Source: Antedon mediterranea (taxonomy: Eukaryota > Animalia > Echinodermata). Taken from it: 64,000 nt of DNA. Of this stretch, positions 37,798-49,756 are shown piece by piece. The position numbers and the translations under genes were made by a program. The notes below the pieces were generated by a model, which was given only the letters and a program-made list of their open reading frames with translations, made no database searches and was not told where the DNA came from. The stretch is taken from assembly GCF_964355755.1 (NCBI RefSeq), contig NC_092677.1, positions 17,320,101 to 17,384,100 of the forward strand, written 5' to 3'. Position 1 is the stretch's first letter. The number at the start of each line of letters is the position of its first letter.

Positions 37798-39018
37798 TAT
37801 GTGAACAAGATATTCTCTTAATTACCTCCCACCTCATTTCTTTTAATCCGTTTTATTATTATATCATTATTTTTGTTTTTAATCACAAAGTGTATCTTTC
37901 ATATCAGAGAAGCAGCTTTTATTAGATCTATTTTTTATGGAGGATGGATATTTTTGCAAAGATGATAGAAGTATTTATTGAAAGTATTAATGTTTATGCG
38001 TGTGCTGTGGGTGCTTTGAGAAGGATATGTAGCAAGAGTGCGTTTTAGAAATTCTATTTTTTCAATTGTATTGGTGAATTCGTTGCTGAAAGTTAGACAA
38101 GGGTAGACTGATTGTCATCCCATTTTTGTAAAAATGTTTTCTTTCTGTATCAGTTATGATCTCTCTGGGTTGATACTAATACAGGCAGGCATCAAACTAT
38201 ATAGTATAGATAGTGTACTATCGAAGAGTTTTATAGTAATGTGACAAAAGAATAATTACCACCGCTAAAAACTTAAATACACCAGTGTTGAAAGCTTAGA
38301 TGGTTTTATGGCATGGAATCTAGACTCCCATTCCTAAGGATAGCTTATATTTTACAATGATCAGTCGATTCTTGTACGGTATCTTGTATAGCGACAATCA
38401 ACAGCTGCCAGTGTCATGACAGCAACAGGCCCAACTAATAGCACCTTAGGAAATTTGTCTTGTTTCTGCTGCCAAAAAATAGAGGTAGTTTATTCACACA
38501 CCTATGTATGGCAGATACAGTTCCTTGTCTTTTATTTCAGTAAATAATCTATGTTGAATCCGCATAATTACTGGTAATAACAACCAATGTTATTACTTAC
38601 TATATTAGGATACGCTATTATGTGATGGTTATTATATTTGAGTGGTAAAGGGTCTGACAGATTCATAATACTATAGAGTCTACAGTATTGTATTGATAAG
38701 ACAATCTGAAAGATTCCTTCATTGGTTCTTTACCAAGACTATTCAGAGCACAGAAATGTGGTGTAGTAGATCAATTTAGATCTGGTTTTTTTTCTCCTAT
38801 TTTTTTAATTTGTTTTTTGTGAATTTTATTCTAGTATCTCATTTGTTGATGTTCTGGTGTTATTTCCACTGTGACATACACAGTATTATTCTAATGTTAA
38901 AAAATGTTTGAGATTTCAAAAATTTCAGTTGGATTTTACATCTTGAATGGCCTTTGTTATTAAGATTTTTTTTTTCATGTAAAAACTCTTTCAAAAGAAT
39001 TTCATCACAAGACTATAT

Positions 39019-39375
39019 GAGCACTCTCATTGTGAGATTCTGTATGAGCACTACAAAACTCATTGCGACACTTTGTATGAGCACTACTCAGTGTGAGATT
39101 CTGTAAGAGCACTACTCATTGTGATACTCTGTGTGAGCACTACTCAGTGTGAGATTCTGTAAGAGCACTACTCAGTGTGATACTCTGTATGAGCACTACT
39201 CAGTGTGAGATTCTGTAAGAGCACTACTCATTGTGATACTCTGTATGAGCACTACTCAGTGTGAGATTCTGTAAGAGCACTACTCATTGTGATACTCTGT
39301 ATGAGCACTACTCAGTGTGAGATTCTGTAAGAGCACTACTCATTGTGATACTCTGTATGAGCACTACTCATTGTG
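39019..39375. repeat. 28-bp tandem repeat, about 13 copies, alternating A/B units
   Basis: GAGCACTACTCAGTGTGAGATTCTGTAA alternating with GAGCACTACTCATTGTGATACTCTGTAT. Confidence 0.93.
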
Positions 39376-41641
39376 TCAGTGTCAAACTTGTCATGCCTAA
39401 GTTTCCCACAATTTTAGGCCAAATTATAAACCTGGTCATGGCACCTTGTACACAGTTATTATTTGTCATAATTTGTTATTGTCGATTGTAATCTTGTTCT
39501 AGAAAGAATTTCTTTTCCGTTTTAATTTTTCAATAACCTATTGAATTCTTTTAAAATAATAATGATAATAATAATTTTTTTCTAACAACTTTTAATGGAA
39601 GTATCTAAGTTGCAAAAAACAAAAACAAATGTACTTAATTCATTTCATTATTATATATGTCGGGAAAATTTCATTTCTAAATTTTGTTTACCAATATTGC
39701 TAATCAAACTGATTTTTTTTTTTGCTACACAATTTTAAAAATGTGTAGCAAAAAGATTGTTTTGTATAGCTTTTTGCTATGCTACACTGGCGAAATTATT
39801 CCCTGTATGTATATTGTTTTGAGTTTGTAATCTTCAAAAATAGTATTATTATTATTATAATACATAGAACATAATCTTTAATTATTTTTTTTGGTAATTA
39901 CAGTTCCTCTCTAAAATTATGAGAGTGAGGGTAAATGTAAATAAGGTTGTTTTATCTGTCCTGTCCATTTATTTAAAATACTGCAGTATTTTACAGAGAG
40001 TCTTTGATTGGAGGGAGCACCTAATGGTAACAGACAGGCAGTCATCCGGGGCCGCGATACAGTGCTCTTTCATTGGAGGGAGCCCTATAGTTTAAATAAC
40101 AAAAAAAAGAATCCAAATAATTTTTGCGCAAATATGCATTTTTAGTAATTTACTGTAATAACTTAATTACCGTATTTGGATAATGACTAGTTAGTATAAT
40201 TACCATAGTTTAAATATAATACTGAAATTACATTAAAATGAAATAAAAATGTTATTCAAATTAATGTAGTGGCAAAAAATGTATCAGAAGAATGAGCAAT
40301 CTGTGAAAAAAACAGTCAAATTTTCTGTCAGACAATGGGTTTTTGGTTAAATTTAACTGTTCATATTGGGTTTTTAGTCCAGCTACAGCTCACTATGTTG
40401 GTTGGTCAGTAAACACTAACTCAAATTTGAGCATGCATTATTACCAGCATGGTCTCTGACAAAAAAAAACCCAAAATGTGCGAAGCAAGTATGAAAAATA
40501 ATGGATTGGTCATTCTTCTAGTATAAATTCTTTGTTACTTTACCAAAGATATTACAGACTGCATACAAAATTTCCATTGTTACTTGGGGGAGTGCAAGGT
40601 TTTATGATTCTTGTTTCTAGGTATTTGATTAGAGCCTTGTATAATACTTATTACCTACATTTAGTAGTATACAAATAATGAATGTTTATGAGTTGGATGG
40701 TTAGAACAGTGTTAAATAGAGAAGTGATTCTTTCATTGAATGAAATATTCTCTCCATTTGACATACTGTATAAAACACACACACCTACTGTTCTGAAATA
40801 ACGTTTTATTTATTGTAAATTATTGACAAATGCCATTAAGAAAGCGATCAGATTTCTGTGAACATTTTGATCATTGGTGCGCGCCGTCTATTACTGTTTT
40901 ACTTCGTGCTGAAGTTGGAGCACAGCATTTTTAATGGCCTAGCATTCGTCAATGATTTATGATTGAATAAAAGTCACAATCAAGTTAATTATACACCTCT
41001 TTGGTTGTACTATAGTGTCTTTACTGGCGTGGGTATTAAGTCCTTGTCTACAACCGATTCTAGTACCTAGATATTCCACTATCAAAATTCCATGATGCAG
41101 CCTAAAATGGAATTATTTAAGGTTATTGTAAATACAGCATCATGTGACATTATTCCTATGATACAGGCAACACATGTGATATGTGTATGGCACTGTATTT
41201 GTTTATGATAATGGACAAATTGCAGATGCAGTACTCATACATATCTCAGAAGTGGGTTTGTACTAGAGTTAGTACGATACTTAATAGATAGAATATAACA
41301 TGCAAGTAAAGCTGTTCCAATTTATGTATGTACAGTTAGTATTTTTTTCTGTGTATTTTTGTTGTTTTTGATGTTTTATGTAGACCTAATATCAAAAAGT
41401 TATATAAACATGTAAATTATGTACAAAGATTGGGCGAGACCCAACAGATGATTTGATATCTTGTAATTTAGAAGAATCTGAACTGATGTGGAAATCTTTA
41501 TCAAGTTTTCGTGGTATGTTCTAGGTACATTGTCTAGAAAAGAAGGCAAAACAAATATTTTAATATGTATTAATATATCACATTGGTTGTCCTTTATGCT
41601 AATTAGAATTATGCTAAGCTCCAATCATTTATTGTCATTAC

Positions 41642-41962
41642 TACCATATTTATTTGAATAAACGCTCCGGGGCATTTACTGTTCGGGAGGAGTTTATTGT
41701 TTTGGGTGTATAATGGGAACCTGTATAATCTACTAAATTCTCCTTACACATGAACAAATACAACACAATTAATATCAAGAAGTGATAAAAGACGGTATAA
41801 ATGCTTGATCAATGTAGATCATGGAAGTCGATGAATTCCACTACAAATAGAAATGTGTTTTGATACAATATCGTGTGTATGTTCATGTGGCAAATAGGGG
41901 TGAACAGGGGCGTTTATTTGAGGGGAGTTTATTCAAAGCGGGGCTTTTATTCAAATATTTCA
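41642..41962. mobile_element. Degenerate pogo-like MITE
   Basis: TACCATATTTATTTGAATAAACGC left end; repeated GGGCGTTTATT(T/C)(G/A)A motifs at the right end. Confidence 0.4.
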
Positions 41963-43183
41963 ATTACAATATTTCCATGTTGAAAAGATAATGTTTTTCC
42001 TTACTCATCCTTGACTTTTATGGCTTCATTTGTTTTTTTTTTAATGATTTCTTTGCTTTAGTATCTGTTAACAAGAAGCTTGTGTCAATTGCAATTTATA
42101 ATATATGCCCAGCATTATCAAGAATATTGACATGTAAAGTAAAGACACTTTTCTTGAGTTATCACTAGTAGCAATCCTAAAGACTTCAAGCGATTATTAT
42201 TGTAGTTTTCTTGTTATTCTAGGTTCTAGATGGCGATTCAGCTTAATATTAAAATTTAGGCACATATGGCATGCCATACCTGTACTTGAACTAGAATCCC
42301 CAATCTTGTTATATCGATCTAAAATCAAAACATTCATAAAGGAATACTAAAAACGAAAAGAGTAAAACAAAACAATAGGCATATTTGACTGTTCATTCGA
42401 AAAATACCTCACAGTGAGTGAGCTACTCCCACTGCTTGCATATTAAAAGCAAGGAGTTTTTTCCGCTCATGAAAATATTCTATACTTGAGAACATGCATA
42501 CACGTATATAAGTACAGTTGATGTTGATATAAAATATGTTTTTGTTGTATGTATGTTTATACTAGGCTATATTTTATTGGGATGTGCCTGGTGCATTAAT
42601 ACAAGCGGGAGAATTTAACAGTGTATTCTTTAATAGTTTAAATGAGGGTGTTTATTAAGTATTACCATTTTATTTTGTTGATATAAGGAGTTTATTGACC
42701 ATATGTAAAGCACACAAATATATATGTTGAAAATGAAAATCTACAGAAAAAAAATGTAAAAAAAATTTAAAAAACCAAAAAAAAAAGTGAAAAAATATAA
42801 AAAAAATGTTGGACATGTAGCAGGTTATTTTAAAAAAGCAAAGTATTTTAATCATGATAAAAACTTTGCCCCAAAATGAAAATACTCTGAACTTTTCCAT
42901 TGAAACTTTGATAAATATATTAGAACATAGTTTAGTGTATTGACATGGGTATAAGCATATTGTTACCATGCGTTTTTCCAAGTAGGTTTGACCCATACAT
43001 ACTGTTCCTTGTGACCTAATACACATTATGGGAAATTCACCGCAATAAAATGTTAATTTTGTGTTTGAGTGGGTTAAATTTATTCCCAAGTCTCTAAGAT
43101 AACAACAGTATAGCGGGAACACTCCTATTCAGGTACAATTTCCCATGAAACTAATTATGGAAATATATGTTTTTTAACATAAT

Positions 43184-43273
43184 GGACACTTTTACTATGA
43201 AACAAACAAGAGGGCCTATTCAAGGGACACTTTTACTATGAAACAAACAAGAGGGCCTATTCAAGGGACACTT
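43184..43273. repeat. Two-copy 41-bp direct repeat
   Basis: GGACACTTTTACTATGAAACAAACAAGAGGGCCTATTCAAG twice. Confidence 0.85.
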
Positions 43274-43431
43274 AGTTGGGTCTATTCTATGAGCATGCAA
43301 TGAAGTCACCTTATATTCTGACTACAAAATCAAGGCAATATACATCATTGACTAGAACTGATTTGTCATTTTAATGTTAAGTCTTATGTGCAAATATTCT
43401 GACATATATTGTATATGTATATCAAAGTTTT

Positions 43432-43474
43432 AATAAAGTTCTTGTTTTTTCAACATTGTTTTTTTTCTTTTATT
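43432..43474. terminator. Candidate convergent polyadenylation signals
   Basis: AATAAA on + at 43432-43437 followed by GT/T-rich tract; AATAAA on - at 43474-43469. Confidence 0.4.
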
Positions 43475-43513
43475 GAAATATCATCATTGTATAAAGGCTG
43501 CGACACACTAAGA

Positions 43514-43840
43514 TGATCGACAATGGATAAACATACATTTTATTTGCATAAAACAAAAGCAATTCACAAAAGTAATCATACTAGAACTAATAGGATAACC
43601 ATTTTGTGCTGCCTTTGATAAATATATATTTTTGATTTTGATCAATAAGAACAATAAAATTGTTATATCATCACGATATTACAGTATTTCTCTTATTTAT
43701 CATGACGTCATTTGATTGGACGTGTGAAAATATTATTTTCTACAAAGGCAGCATAGATTGTTATCCTATAATTCTATAGTGAAAACTTTTTAGATGTATT
43801 TTGTTTTATGTAGGAAGAATACGTATTTATTGTCGATCTT
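43514..43840. repeat. Degenerate foldback element downstream of the MCAT stop
   Basis: GATCGACAAT / ATTGTCGATC, CATAAAACAAAA / TTTTGTTTTATG, TAGGATAAC..TGCTGCCTTTG / CAAAGGCAGCA..GTTATCCTA nested pairs. Confidence 0.7.
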
Positions 43841-43905
43841 TATAGTCCTAGTAAATGGGTCTTAATGCTAACTATATTTTCTTTCCAGGTTTTATCATTG
43901 TCCAG

Positions 43906-44301
43906 TTACACATCAAAAGTTTGATATGTTTGGGCAGCTTTCACGTTATTACGTTTCAGAATGGTTCCAAGTTGATTTCCCGGTCCAACTTCCACTGTAA
44001 CTGGAAAGTTATCCTTCGGTTTGCGTTGGTATATTTCGTGCATTGACTGTTCCCATTTGACCGGCATTATCACCTGCCGTTTCAGCTGTTTACGAATGTG
44101 CTTGGCATGTTGGTACTGTTTACCATCAACGTTTGAATGCACGGATATTACCGGTATTTCAAAGTTTATTTCGGACAATGCTGCGGCTAGTTCCTCTTGC
44201 GCTGGTTTCATCAGGTCTGTATGGAAAGCTCCGCTTACTGGGATTCTTTTGGCACTCCGGAGTGAGAATTTCTTAGAATTTGTCTGTAGAAAGTCCAAGG
44301 C
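43906..44301 (-). CDS. MCAT: Mitochondrial malonyl-CoA:ACP transacylase, last exon
   Basis: IPVSGAFHTDLM (catalytic His), PVKWEQSM, EVGPGNQL; acceptor TTTGTAG. Confidence 0.96.
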   Translation of the reverse strand, partial: ALDFLQTNSKKFSLRSAKRIPVSGAFHTDLMKPAQEELAAALSEINFEIPVISVHSNVDGKQYQHAKHIRKQLKRQVIMPVKWEQSMHEIYQRKPKDNFPVTVEVGPGNQLGTILKRNNVKAAQTYQTFDV

Positions 44302-44569
44302 CTACAAAGAAATAATTGATATTCAACTTTTTAAACTTAAAGCAAAATAATTTCTCTAACTAAAGGTATTTAATATTGTTCTCAAACCTAACTGGAAACT
44401 CATGGCAATCAGCAGTGCAGCGTCTACCAAGATTAGCAGAATAGTGTATAAAGTTCTTTTACATGCACTGTATGTACATGGGACCAACAGTTTTACGTTT
44501 CATGAGAGTAAAGCATCTTGCAACCAATATGGCAATGACAGATACATGCTAGTCTGTTATCCCACTCAC

Positions 44570-44790
44570 CTTTGCATGACCAGCAATAACTCTAGCATTT
44601 GGGAACATGTAATTTGCAATTGAACAGACTGGATCTTGGATGCCTTCTTCACTTCTACAGTGCTCCTTTGCTTCTTGACAAGCTATTTTGTAGTTTGTGC
44701 TGTCACGGCCAACCACAGACAGCATTCCACTTTCAACGAGATTCGAAGCATATTGCATTGCTTCAGCACGCACTTTTATTAGATAGACGG
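44570..44790 (-). CDS. MCAT: MCAT coding exon 3
   Basis: VKVRAEAMQ-type motif (IKVRAEAMQYAS), GMLSV, IANYMFP..VIAGH; TTTAG / AAG|GTGAGT. Confidence 0.96.
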
Positions 44791-44884
44791 CTAAATAAAA
44801 CAAATACTTAAATCTTTGATTAAGCCATCCCTAATCCAGTCCTAATCCAGTGTAATGAACGACAGTACATAGTATATTACTTTA

Positions 44885-45180
44885 ATAATAATTATAACAT
44901 CCTGGATTTATATAGCGCCTAATGTTCTGAAACCTCTAAGAACTGAACATTATTATCCCAGTCATTTTTTTAATCAAACACCTATAGAAACATACTCCCA
45001 TAATGCAGCTAGTAATCAACGCAAAGTTGTGTCTTGATCTAACCGGCTTCCTATTTATACACCTGGGTGGAGAGAGGGAAACGTAGGTAAAGTATCTTGC
45101 CTAAGGATACAAGAGAGAGTTGGGTTCAAACCTCGGTCTCACGATCAGTAGTCGAACGTCCACACACTGTGCCACACGCC
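44885..45180 (-). mobile_element. tRNA-derived SINE with L2-like tail
   Basis: Minus strand reads GGCGTGTGGCACAGTG..GGTTTGAACCC (A/B boxes), central TCCTTAGGCAAGATACTTTA..CTCTCTCCACCCAGGTGTATAAAT, tail GGCGCTATATAAAT plus (TTA)n. Confidence 0.75.
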
Positions 45181-45786
45181 CTTATTTTGTGTGTTGGATG
45201 GTAAAAATGGTACTATATAACATGGGTGGCATCATTTTTTTCACTCATGATGACTGGGGCTGTGACTAAAGGTATGCTATGTTGACACGGAACTGAAAGG
45301 AACACAACTGGTCGACATACAAGTGCTCTGGGCAACTCACCACAACCATATGGGTAACCATGATCAGTTCGGTGATACCATATAAGCGCTCACGCGTATT
45401 GTTTCCTATACAACTACGAATTGCATCATGCACACGTCAATTTAACCACAACTAGTTACAATCAGTTCCAGTGCTCGCACACTGGTTCCTTTCAGGTGCC
45501 TGAAATTTTACATACGCTCTCATGTGCAACTAGTTCCTTTCAGATTTAAATTCCTTTCAGTATCCGTGTCAACATAGGCTAACTACTGTTTTGGTAAATG
45601 AAAGTAAAAAGAATAGAACACAGAACCTAATAATAGGTACTGACGTAGCTTTTGATTAAAAAATCTAGGAATAATTATGTACATGTTAATGCATTGTGTG
45701 CATGCAGTGACATTGGCACATGCTTTCCATGCTCTGCGATTCCTTGACATAGTTTGCGTGAATTCTAAACCTAGACGATGACCACC

Positions 45787-45993
45787 ATGATATGCGTAGG
45801 TTGTCGTAAATCGCAAGCTCCCTATTCAAATCTACAACATGATATGCGTAGGTTGTCATACATGGCAAGCTCCATATTCAAATCCACAACATGATATGCG
45901 TAGGTTGTCGTAAATCACAAGCTCCCTATTCAAATCTACAACATGATATGCGTAGGTTGTCATAAATCGCAAGCTCCCTATTCAAATCTACAA
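45787..45993. repeat. 52-bp tandem repeat, 4 copies, abutting the MCAT exon 2 donor
   Basis: ATGATATGCGTAGGTTGTCGTAAATCGCAAGCTCCCTATTCAAATCTACAAC x4. Confidence 0.92.
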
Positions 45994-45995
45994 AC

Positions 45996-46083
45996 CTTCT
46001 TCAAATGATAAAGCACCAGAGAAGACCAATGCAGTAATTTCACCAACACTAAACCCAGCTGCAGCTACACAATTTTCAACAAG
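45996..46083 (-). CDS. MCAT: MCAT coding exon 2
   Basis: LVENCVAAAGFSVGEITALVFSGALSFEE: GxSxG nucleophile motif; TTTCAG / G|GTTTGT. Confidence 0.96.
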
Positions 46084-46510
46084 CTGAAAACAACAAATCA
46101 TAGAATCAATAAATTTGAAAAATTTATTTTGAAATTCTTGGTTTTCAATCTAAGGTGTAGGCTTTCTTACTGCCACCTGCAATGCATAAAACAAGTAGGA
46201 CCACTAACATGGAGAAAATAATACACGAATACCCTTTTAAACAATTGATGGTGGTGTGTTGGGTTGCTCAGGATGGCACCATTGTCTGATGTGTTCAATC
46301 AACTGTTATGTAATTGAGCTCTCTTCTATTTATGCAAGTAAATGGAACTCACGGACCCCTTCTGTTTATTTCACTTTAGTTCCATGTGGACCTCCAATGC
46401 CCAACACAGCCTCCCACGCTCCCAGGGGGGGGGGGGGGGGGGGTTCAATAAATAAGACAATAAACTATAAACCATTGACAATCTTTATTCTTTTTACAGT
46501 TACTTAATAC

Positions 46511-47188
46511 CTTTGGATTTTCATGTTTTAATTTTTCAACAGCTGCAAGTGATGTGATGACAACTGCAGGCTGACAATGAATGGTTTGATTCAACTTTAC
46601 TTGAGGACCATTCAAACACAGCGACAATAAATCATAACCTAAAATTTCTGAGGCAACCTCAAACATTTCCTTTACATTGGGATACGATAGGAGTGCCTTT
46701 CCCATCCCGACAAGCTGTGTGCCTTGCCCGGGGAATAAGAAAACCGACATGTCTTTTGGGTCAATGAAAGTGCGTTTTCTGGCAACTGTCCTTTTATCAT
46801 CTGCCGTTTCAAAATCATCTTTCAGCGTTTGTGTCTGAGCTTCTTCTAGTAGTTCTTTGACCCTTTGACCTCCAATAAGCTTGTCATATATTGGAACTCC
46901 TTTATCTTCATCATCACTTGATACATAGTCATCTTTCTCTACCTCTCTGTTTTTGTCTTTGTCATCATTAGAGAAGAATTTCCACTGCTGTAAAGATGTT
47001 TCTACTAAGCCTATACTTTTTTGGAACAACACCTGCTTTTTATGTGATTCAAAATATTTTATGATACTTGACCTAGTAGAATGATGAACTTGTCTGCTAT
47101 TGTTGTGTTTCAGCTCACATTTAAACATCCTGCATGTTTGTAAGCGTGCTTCAACAACCTTTCTTGATAATGTTCTTCCAACTTCCAT
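46511..47188 (-). CDS. MCAT: MCAT coding exon 1
   Basis: Basic presequence-like start, VFLFPGQGTQLVGMG, LGYDLL, CQPAV; CAG|ATG acceptor and AAG|GTATTA donor; total CDS 1383 nt = 460 aa. Confidence 0.93.
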
Positions 47189-47624
47189 CTGAAAAAATTA
47201 AATTTCAAATAAAATGTTCTCTATTTATTAGCACTGCTGCATGCTGGTATTTTAAAAGGTATAATAATTTAATAAATAAAGCAAACACAATCATGAACAC
47301 TATTAGTATTTAAGATCATATTATACCTAGGCTTTCAACCTTTTACCGATTTTGTTAACTCATACCGGTTATAACCCCATTCAGTTTACTTACTCCACAT
47401 ACTGTATTACACCTAGTTTTACCATTAGTAGTACAGTACTACCATTAGAACCGGTCTGCCTATACGGCGTACTATATACTAGCTATGTGTTATGCCATAT
47501 GCAGCCTAGCTTTATATTCGTAAAAAGTAGACAATAAATCCACAATGATAATTTTTTCCCCATAATTCTTACGACTATGTATCTAATACAAGATTATGGC
47601 ATAGTTATTCCCTAAATTATCTAC

Positions 47625-47886
47625 CTGAAAATGGTGGAAATATAACATTTATTTTTTAAATAAATAAACCAAAATCCATCAATCAAAACATAAACAAAAC
47701 CACATGGGTTTTTATTAGTGCGCCCTCATTTTTTCAAGCGGGTATTTTGTTGATAATTTCGATGATACGACGACGATAGATGAGAATACGCCGCGAGGAA
47801 ACGATCCGAAGAGAAGACAACATTATCATCAAACAACAAATTAATTGTATTTCTCCATAACCTTGTGGAGGCACAACAACACAGCA
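47625..47886. promoter_or_regulatory. Compact bidirectional promoter, MCAT (-) / syntrophin (+)
   Basis: Minus-strand donor CAG|GTAG at 47625 for an upstream MCAT exon lies ~260 bp from the syntrophin ATG; local CpG enrichment. Confidence 0.6.
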
Positions 47887-48361
47887 ATGGCTGCTGCTGG
47901 AGTTGCAAAGTCCGGTCTCCTTGAGGTTCTTGCCAGAGAGCAATGGTGTAGGGTTTTAGCCACATTAGAGGAGGAGGTTTTAACCATCAGCCTTGAAGAT
48001 TCTCTGGACTCAAATGGGGTAACCAACGGGGGACAAGACGCTAGCCGACACGACTCTCTGCGGCGTTCGGAATACATCTCTGTGCAAGATCCGATCCCCG
48101 ACGCGATAGCTAATCAAAAACGAATCGTGAAAGTAGTAAAGCAAGAAGTAGGAGGCCTAGGAATTAGCATAAAAGGAGGAAAAGAAAACAAGATGCCTAT
48201 TATCATCAGTAAAATATTTAAAGGGCTAGCTGCAGATCAAACGGAAAGCCTTTATGTTGGGGATGCTATATTAGCGGTGAATGGTGAAGATTTGAGAGAT
48301 GCCACTCATGATGAGGCAGTTCGAGCCTTGAAAAAAGCAGGAAAAGAAGTTGTATTGGAAG
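47887..48361 (+). CDS. SNTB1: Syntrophin (alpha/beta type), exon 1: N-half of split PH domain plus PDZ
   Basis: [17 protein letters not shown] (PH1a); [79 protein letters not shown] (syntrophin PDZ); GAA G|GTAAGT. Paralog assignment is approximate. Confidence 0.92.
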
Positions 48362-48944
48362 GTAAGTGAACATTATTAATGAATAACAATAGAAGTACAG
48401 TAAGAAGTATTGCGAACTAAAATAAAAATCAACAAAATATATATCATGTTTAGGCCTATTCGTATAAATAAATGCCTGCTTTTAATAAATGGAACAATTT
48501 GATAGAAAATCAAATGATTGATAAATGATAGTGATTCCTTTCAATTTGTTCATGTTTAATTAAAGAGTTGGTATCACTTTATTTCAAAATGGTAGCATAA
48601 ATCAATGTTCATGAACTATTAAAAAAAATAGTACTTTAAGAATACTTACAAAATATTTTGAGGTGGTTTCCTCCAGGGGCAATGTCTACAAGTACAATTT
48701 TAAGATTATTATTTTGGAAAGCTTTCAAGGTCATTTCATAAATATTTTTATTAAATAAATATTTTGTTTGCATGTTTTAATCATAAGTAATTTTTCAAAC
48801 ATTACAGTACTAGTCATTAGTGTATCACATTATTATGCAAGTCGGAATCTATGCAATATATAGAAAAAAAGATTTTAAATATTGTCATTGATATTGATAA
48901 ATAAAAGTTTAATTGACGACAATGAAAAGAAATGTCAACTCAAT

Positions 48945-49756
48945 AGACACGTTTCGCGCTCGCGACCAATCAGAAATAGTGGGTATAGATTTGTAAACAA
49001 ACCGAACACCTCTCGCCTTGTGCGTGTTGAAGCATAGCGAAATGGCGACTGCCGAGTGCTTTTGTTGCAAGGTGCATCATAAATGTTGTATATGTTGGAT
49101 AAATCGTGAATTTAACTACACAAAATCACTGAATAATATTCCTGTTTTTAATTTTCAAACACTTGCTGAGTGGTTTGCGTCGGCTCCGAAGGATAGTGGC
49201 GCAAAATCTTGGAAATTTTTCAAGGAAAGGTACGTCCACGATTTGCTCGAGTCTCTCCGCCCGGCCCGGTGGCGTTGCCTGATGCGGTACTTCGTCTACT
49301 ACTAGGCCTAGGAGGCTTGGGTGTCTGTTTAAGCGCCGAAGAACATCACATAATACATGGAAGATGCAATAGGAGCATGAAGAAGAATGAAAGATAATAA
49401 TTAATATATTTACGCAACATTTGTAAATAAAATCAACAGTTAACATGTATTAAATGCACCGTAATTACTAATATATATGTGTCAAACCAAAAATGACAAT
49501 ACATTACATAAATAAAGTCGATGATTCCGAACCAAATGCCCAAATAATTCTACAGTGAATATAAAACATAAGTTTAGAAAATAAATAACATCCTTACCAT
49601 GCCATTCCATCAAAGACTAGTTTTGACGATTGCTTTTTAAGACGATCATCTCTCAGTTCTCCCATGCTTTAACATACCTCTCGCTGTGTTTGTTTACCAT
49701 TGTATACCCACTAAAAGGTCAAACTGACGGTGACCTCGCGAGCGCGAAACGTGTCT
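48945..49756. mobile_element. ISL2EU-like deletion derivative with AT flanks
   Basis: AT|AGACACGTTTCGCGCTCGCGA ... TCGCGAGCGCGAAACGTGTCT|AT; contains short Cys-rich ORF 49042-49305. Confidence 0.75.
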
